A stretch of DNA of 41,799 bases, the filler included, from Bipalium vagum (lineage: Eukaryota), in the NCBI GenBank assembly GCA_037834085.1. It is 2 parts of 2 records of this genome, joined end to end, with 100 filler letters (N's around TTAATTAATTAA, not from the genome) between each part and the next. Parts side by side here need not be neighbours in the genome. Positions count along the whole stretch, not along the records: positions 24,572 to 41,799 come from JBBMKC010074076.1; 1 more part is not named here. One strand, 5' to 3'. The position numbers and the translations under genes are program-made. Below, one piece after another: positions 37,024 through 41,799 of this stretch. Under the pieces are notes generated by a model that saw only the letters and a list, made by a program, of their open reading frames with translations, did no database searches and was not told where the DNA came from. The stretch's first letter is position 1. Every line of letters starts with the position of its first letter.

Positions 37024-40000
37024 AAATTCTCTTGGGAGGTGCCATTTTACTTTTAATTAATTAATTAATTGATTTACAATTTTATCTCAATAAAAACCAT
37101 TGAGACAACAGAGATATATAATTATCGATGTAATGATTAAAAATAATGAGAATTATCAGAATCCTTCCTTAAAGAAAAAAGGTAAAAGAAATATTCTCCT
37201 CTTTCTCCTACCTCGAGAGACAAAGATACCAATGACTGAAGTTCCGAGACTGTTAAATTACCATGTACAGTGAAGACCAATAACCAGTTCATCGGTGACA
37301 GATTAATTACGTTGCCTAACCCAAATGTACCGGGACCCGAGTGTTTGACTTCCTCAAAGCGACTTAATTCTTGACACGTCGGGATGGATTAACAGGCAAA
37401 ATCAACAAGAAAATTCTATTTTCAAGTTGAAATCATTAATGATAAAATCTAATTTAAATAAATTTGCTAATTGGTCCGATGTGGAAACGATTAGAACACG
37501 GAGACGACCATGTGATGATAATTCATCCTCACTGACTACTGTCAGGAGAACGTATATGGCGGTTTTGACCACCAAACCAAGCCAGGCCAGGCCAGGCAAG
37601 GCATTCGTAGTTTTGGCATGCACAGAAAAATGTTGGGAAATAAAAACAATTTCTATGACAGACGAAAACTATTCCCATTGCCATGGGTGGTGGGCACCAC
37701 AATTTTGTATCCTCTCACAATTTTCCTCCTACTTGACGTTGGCCATGGACGTCTGTGCTGCCGATTGTGCTATAAATGATGGGGCAAGGTACAAATGCAA
37801 ATTCACTTCAGTTTCCATCATGAAAATCAATTGATTTGTGAACTAAATTAGCCTGAATTTTCTTTGAATTTTCGACTTTTTCTTATTTTGTCTTTTCAAT
37901 CAAAGAAATGAACATTCTATTTTGACTTTTCGATTATTTCATACACAGACTTCAACATTTGGTCGTTCATGTCTGATATTGTGTCGGATTCTGAGTTACA
38001 TGACAGTCATCACTACGAAGGTAGCTGCGCTTTTGTTTTTATTATTGGTTTTATTGTTCTTACGACGTTTATTTTATAATTTTTATTTTTATATGATTTA
38101 TATGTTTATATAATTTATATTTTTATATTTAACTTTTAATTTTATTGATTAATTTATATAAATTTTTTAATTTATATTTATTTTATTTTATAATTGTTAA
38201 AGTTTTAAAATTTATTATATTATTTATATATATTATAATTTTTATTTCATAATTTATATTCATAATTTATTTTACGTTATTTTTTATATATAATAATTAT
38301 ATATAATAAGTTATATATTTTATAATTTTATTTAATTTTTTAATTTTATTTAATTTTAATTTTTACAATTTATTTATTTCATTATATTTTTAGTCTTTTT
38401 CAAAAATTTAAAACTATTAATTAGATAATATTTAAAAATAATAATAATAAAATATTAAATAATTTTGAACTTAGATACGATTCGAAGTTAGAATTTTATT
38501 TTTCATAAAGATTTTTTTATGTTTTTTGATTTTATATTTTATTTTTGAAAAATAAAATTATTTTTTACTTATTTTTGTAATTTTAATTTATAATATAATA
38601 TATAATATATAATTTTCATCATTTTATTTCTTTTAAATATATCATGTATTTACATTATTGAATCTTCAAGTAAATTAATTAGTGATTAAATCAATAATTA
38701 TTAATTATTATTCAAATATTTATTATTATATTTATAAAAGTAAAAAATGAAGAAATTAGGATTACAACAACTTACTGAAAATAGAACTATTTTAGAACTA
38801 CAACACCAATGCAGAAGACAAGACAAGTAAAATATTCGATTCAAACAAAATTAAATCATTGTTATTTATTTTTTCTCTTTTTAACCAATAAAACGATAAA
38901 TTAAATCTATTTTTAAAAAATCATTAAAAATTGAATATATATTGATGAAATTAATCCAAATCTTGTAATGGGTTTTTATTGTAAAATTGAATTAATTATT
39001 TAATTAAAAATGAATTAATATTATTTAAATATTAAATAATAATAAAATTTTGGAAAAGAAAATTTCACAGTAACAAATCTCATTTTTGCATAATCCTAAA
39101 TTTTTTTATAAAGATTTTTTCAATATTGTATCATTTATCGGCAAAATGATCACCAACGAAGATATACAGTTTCCTATTTCGACTTTTGTTCGGAATTCTC
39201 TCTCTGAATTCTCATTACAAAAAATATTTTTTTATTTTTAATTATTGATTTTATTTTCATAAAATTCCGAGAATAAAAAAATTCAATTAGCTATTACCAA
39301 AATCTTTGATATTATTATAATGTTTTATTTGTTTTAATATGTTAAAATTTTGGTGAGTGATTATCAATGGTAAACATTTGAGAAGAGTTTCTTAAACAAT
39401 TATATATTAATAATAAAATTTTTATTTTTATTTACAAAGTGTGTCACATTTTTAGTCAACACAAAAATGGATCAATCGTTGGAAAGAAAAACTATCCCAA
39501 AGTATTTTATAAACAATTCTCCAATCAGTATAAATATATATTTATATTTATATTTAATAAAAATAATTGTATGATATTTACCATTTATCACATCAGATAA
39601 TGAAATTCTTCAATAATTTAACTGTGTTATTGGCAGAAAAATAGTTTGTTTTAAATGGCAATTATTTATTAAAAACCAATATTGTGTCTCTACTAGAAAA
39701 GTTATCGGTTAAAAGTGACATTAGGAAAAAGTTAAATCCATTTCCTTTAGAAAAGGAATTTTATTTGATCGTTTGAACAACAAATTTTTTCCCATAATTT
39801 ATGATTTTCGGGAATAAGATAACGATTATAAATGGAGAAACTGGAAAATATTTTCCGGAATTGAATTCGTTGGAAAAACTCTTGCTTCATAAACCTGGGG
39901 TTGGGGGTCCACTGGGTTGGTTTGGGTATTTACACGGGAACTCTTGTCAGTTAATCTCAGAGTGATTATATCGAGTAAAATTCACATGTTTTATTTCACT

Positions 40001-40589
40001 CTGAATTATTTATAAAAATAATATTTTTATTATCATTTCCGTAAAATATTCCCATATTTGATTTATTTTTACGAATTCAACTGGTCAGTTATGTTGAAAG
40101 CCGATAAGATAAATTGGTGAAGTTAATTAATTTTTCATATTTGTCTTTTAAATGGTAATATTATTATTTATAATTTATTTATATTTACCTGTAAAAATTA
40201 TTATTTGCAAAAATTCGGATCTCCATAGAAATAGCTACAGTATTTTGTTTTTGTTTTAAACGATTAATTTAATCTAAAATTAATATTAATTTTTAGCTTT
40301 ACTTTTGTAACTATATAGTATGTTAATTAAATTTAACGAATTTGGTCAATATTAAGGTCACTGCACTCCCATAAAACGCTCCGCTAATGAAAAAAAATCA
40401 CTCTGTAAGTCTGGATTCTAAAAAGGTTGTATCATATATGAAATATTAAATTCATAAATATTATGGTGTCCCATTAAAAATATCCGTTTTAATTCAATAA
40501 ATACAACACAAAATTTTTATTGTACATTATAAAATTATGAACTAAAATAAAATCCATCGTTCTCAAACACAAGACCCCATATATATCTA

Positions 40590-41799
40590 CATATACTCCA
40601 ATAATTATCCGTACGATGATATGTAAATATTTTCAACATAATTTTTGTATGGAAAATCAACACTTATAAAAAAAATTTTTGGTGTTAATAATACGTTAAT
40701 TTTCAATGCGTTTATTTTTAAGTGTTTTTGTAGAATTGTTATGAAGAAAATATTTAAATTATCGTAATTAAAATTATTTGTTGATATTAATGCACAATAA
40801 ATATCCATACGATCTTAAATTTTAATGGAAATAACATTATATTTATATTAAATAGTAAAGAAATCTTTGTTTAAACTTTATATTAATGTAAGTAAGACTA
40901 GTTCATTTTTAAATTCTTGTATTTTTAAAAATTTCTCTACATTTGTTTCAGAAGTGAATATTTTAATGGGTAAAAAGACAAAAGATTATTCCAATTACTT
41001 CCGAAATGCTGTTGTGACGATGAGAAAAGAGAAATATATTATGGGTCACACATCAAATATTCTAAAATGTTCAAAATCCAGCATTCAATATATTTTTAAA
41101 AAGTTTTCTAGTTATGAAAGCGTGAAAACCAGTCCCAGGCGAGGAAGACGAAAAATAAAAACAACAAAGAAAGATCAGCGAACATCAGCTGAGAATGTGA
41201 GCATAGTCATTAAGAAACAAAATGGCATATTAATTTTCAAGTCAACTGTGAGAAACCGACTTTCACACATAGGGTTACATGGGAGGATGGCACGAAAGAA
41301 ACCTTTAATTTCGAAGATGAATCAGAAAGCACGAGTTGCATGGATAAGAGAACTGTTAAACTCTTCAACCGATAATAATAAAGTTCTTTGGTCTGACGAG
41401 TGTAAATTTAACGTATTTGGATCAGAACGAATGGTTATTGTTTGGCGAAAACGCGGAGAAGAAATGAAATTAGAATGTCTCCAACCGACAGTTAAACATG
41501 GTAATGGGTCGGTTATAGTCTGGGGGTGTTTTTGAGTTTAAGTGTTGGAAATTTAGTCTTCATAGATGGAATAATGCATAAGGAAGATTATTTGTAAATT
41601 TTAGAAAATTTGTTGGAATCTGTGCAACACCTTGGTCTTGAGACTGACTTCAAATTCCAGCATGACCAAGACTCAAAACATACGGCCAAAATTATTACAC
41701 ATTGGCCTAATCAATCCGGTGAAAATGTCTTGAAATGGATTGGGCAATCACTGGACAGGAACCCATTTGAAAAATTATCTGTTTTAATGAAGAGAAAAC
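40590..41799 (+). mobile_element. Tc1-like element (IR/DR type), pseudogenised, truncated by window end
   Basis: Probable ATG at 40966; motifs GRMARKKPLIS, VLWSDECKFNVFGS, TVKHGNGSVIVWGCF*, FQHDQDSKHTAK, WIGQSLDRNPFE; direct repeats AATAATTATCCGTACG (~40600) / AATAAATATCCATACG (~40796). Confidence 0.9.

Noticed and set aside
37512-37570. C/D snoRNA (GTGATGA...CTGA)
   Set aside because: The CTGA is only ~13 nt after the C box, with no terminal D box or closing stem at the proper spacing.
37427-37834. 135-aa plus ORF and 73-aa minus ORF as genes
   Set aside because: Non-ATG starts, no recognisable domain, and explained by the locally higher GC content.

Overview
Very AT-rich eukaryotic (animal) genomic DNA with mostly 45-130 nt GT-AG introns, (ATT)n tracts and dense decayed DNA transposons. 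This is compatible with a free-living flatworm such as a planarian, but the taxon is inference only. Two spliced motile-cilia genes were reconstructed by hand with consistent intron phases. (1) A complete CATIP (C2orf62) orthologue on the minus strand: 8 exons, 21485->3518, about 352 aa, C-terminal RIIa-like domain. Its intron 5 is 16.5 kb and filled with Tc1, mariner, maT/DD37D-like, pogo/Tigger, IS630-like and hAT relics; intron 7 is GC-AG. (2) The 3' part of CFAP43/WDR96 on the plus strand: 16 exons, 25104-36549, about 993 codons, with the 5' portion and the terminal exon not found. Between them lie a decayed Ty3/gypsy fragment followed by two unexplained extra ORFs, and an artificial 100-nt contig spacer (44N-TTAATTAATTAA-44N), so the head-to-head adjacency may not be real. 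Unexplained structure: a foldback element with hairpin-rich 290-bp arms (534-1412), a 154-bp direct repeat bracketing a TE cluster, and a GC-elevated hairpin-rich island at 37.2-38.0 kb. Protein and TE family calls come from motif recognition, not database searches. No CRISPR, rRNA or tRNA genes were seen.
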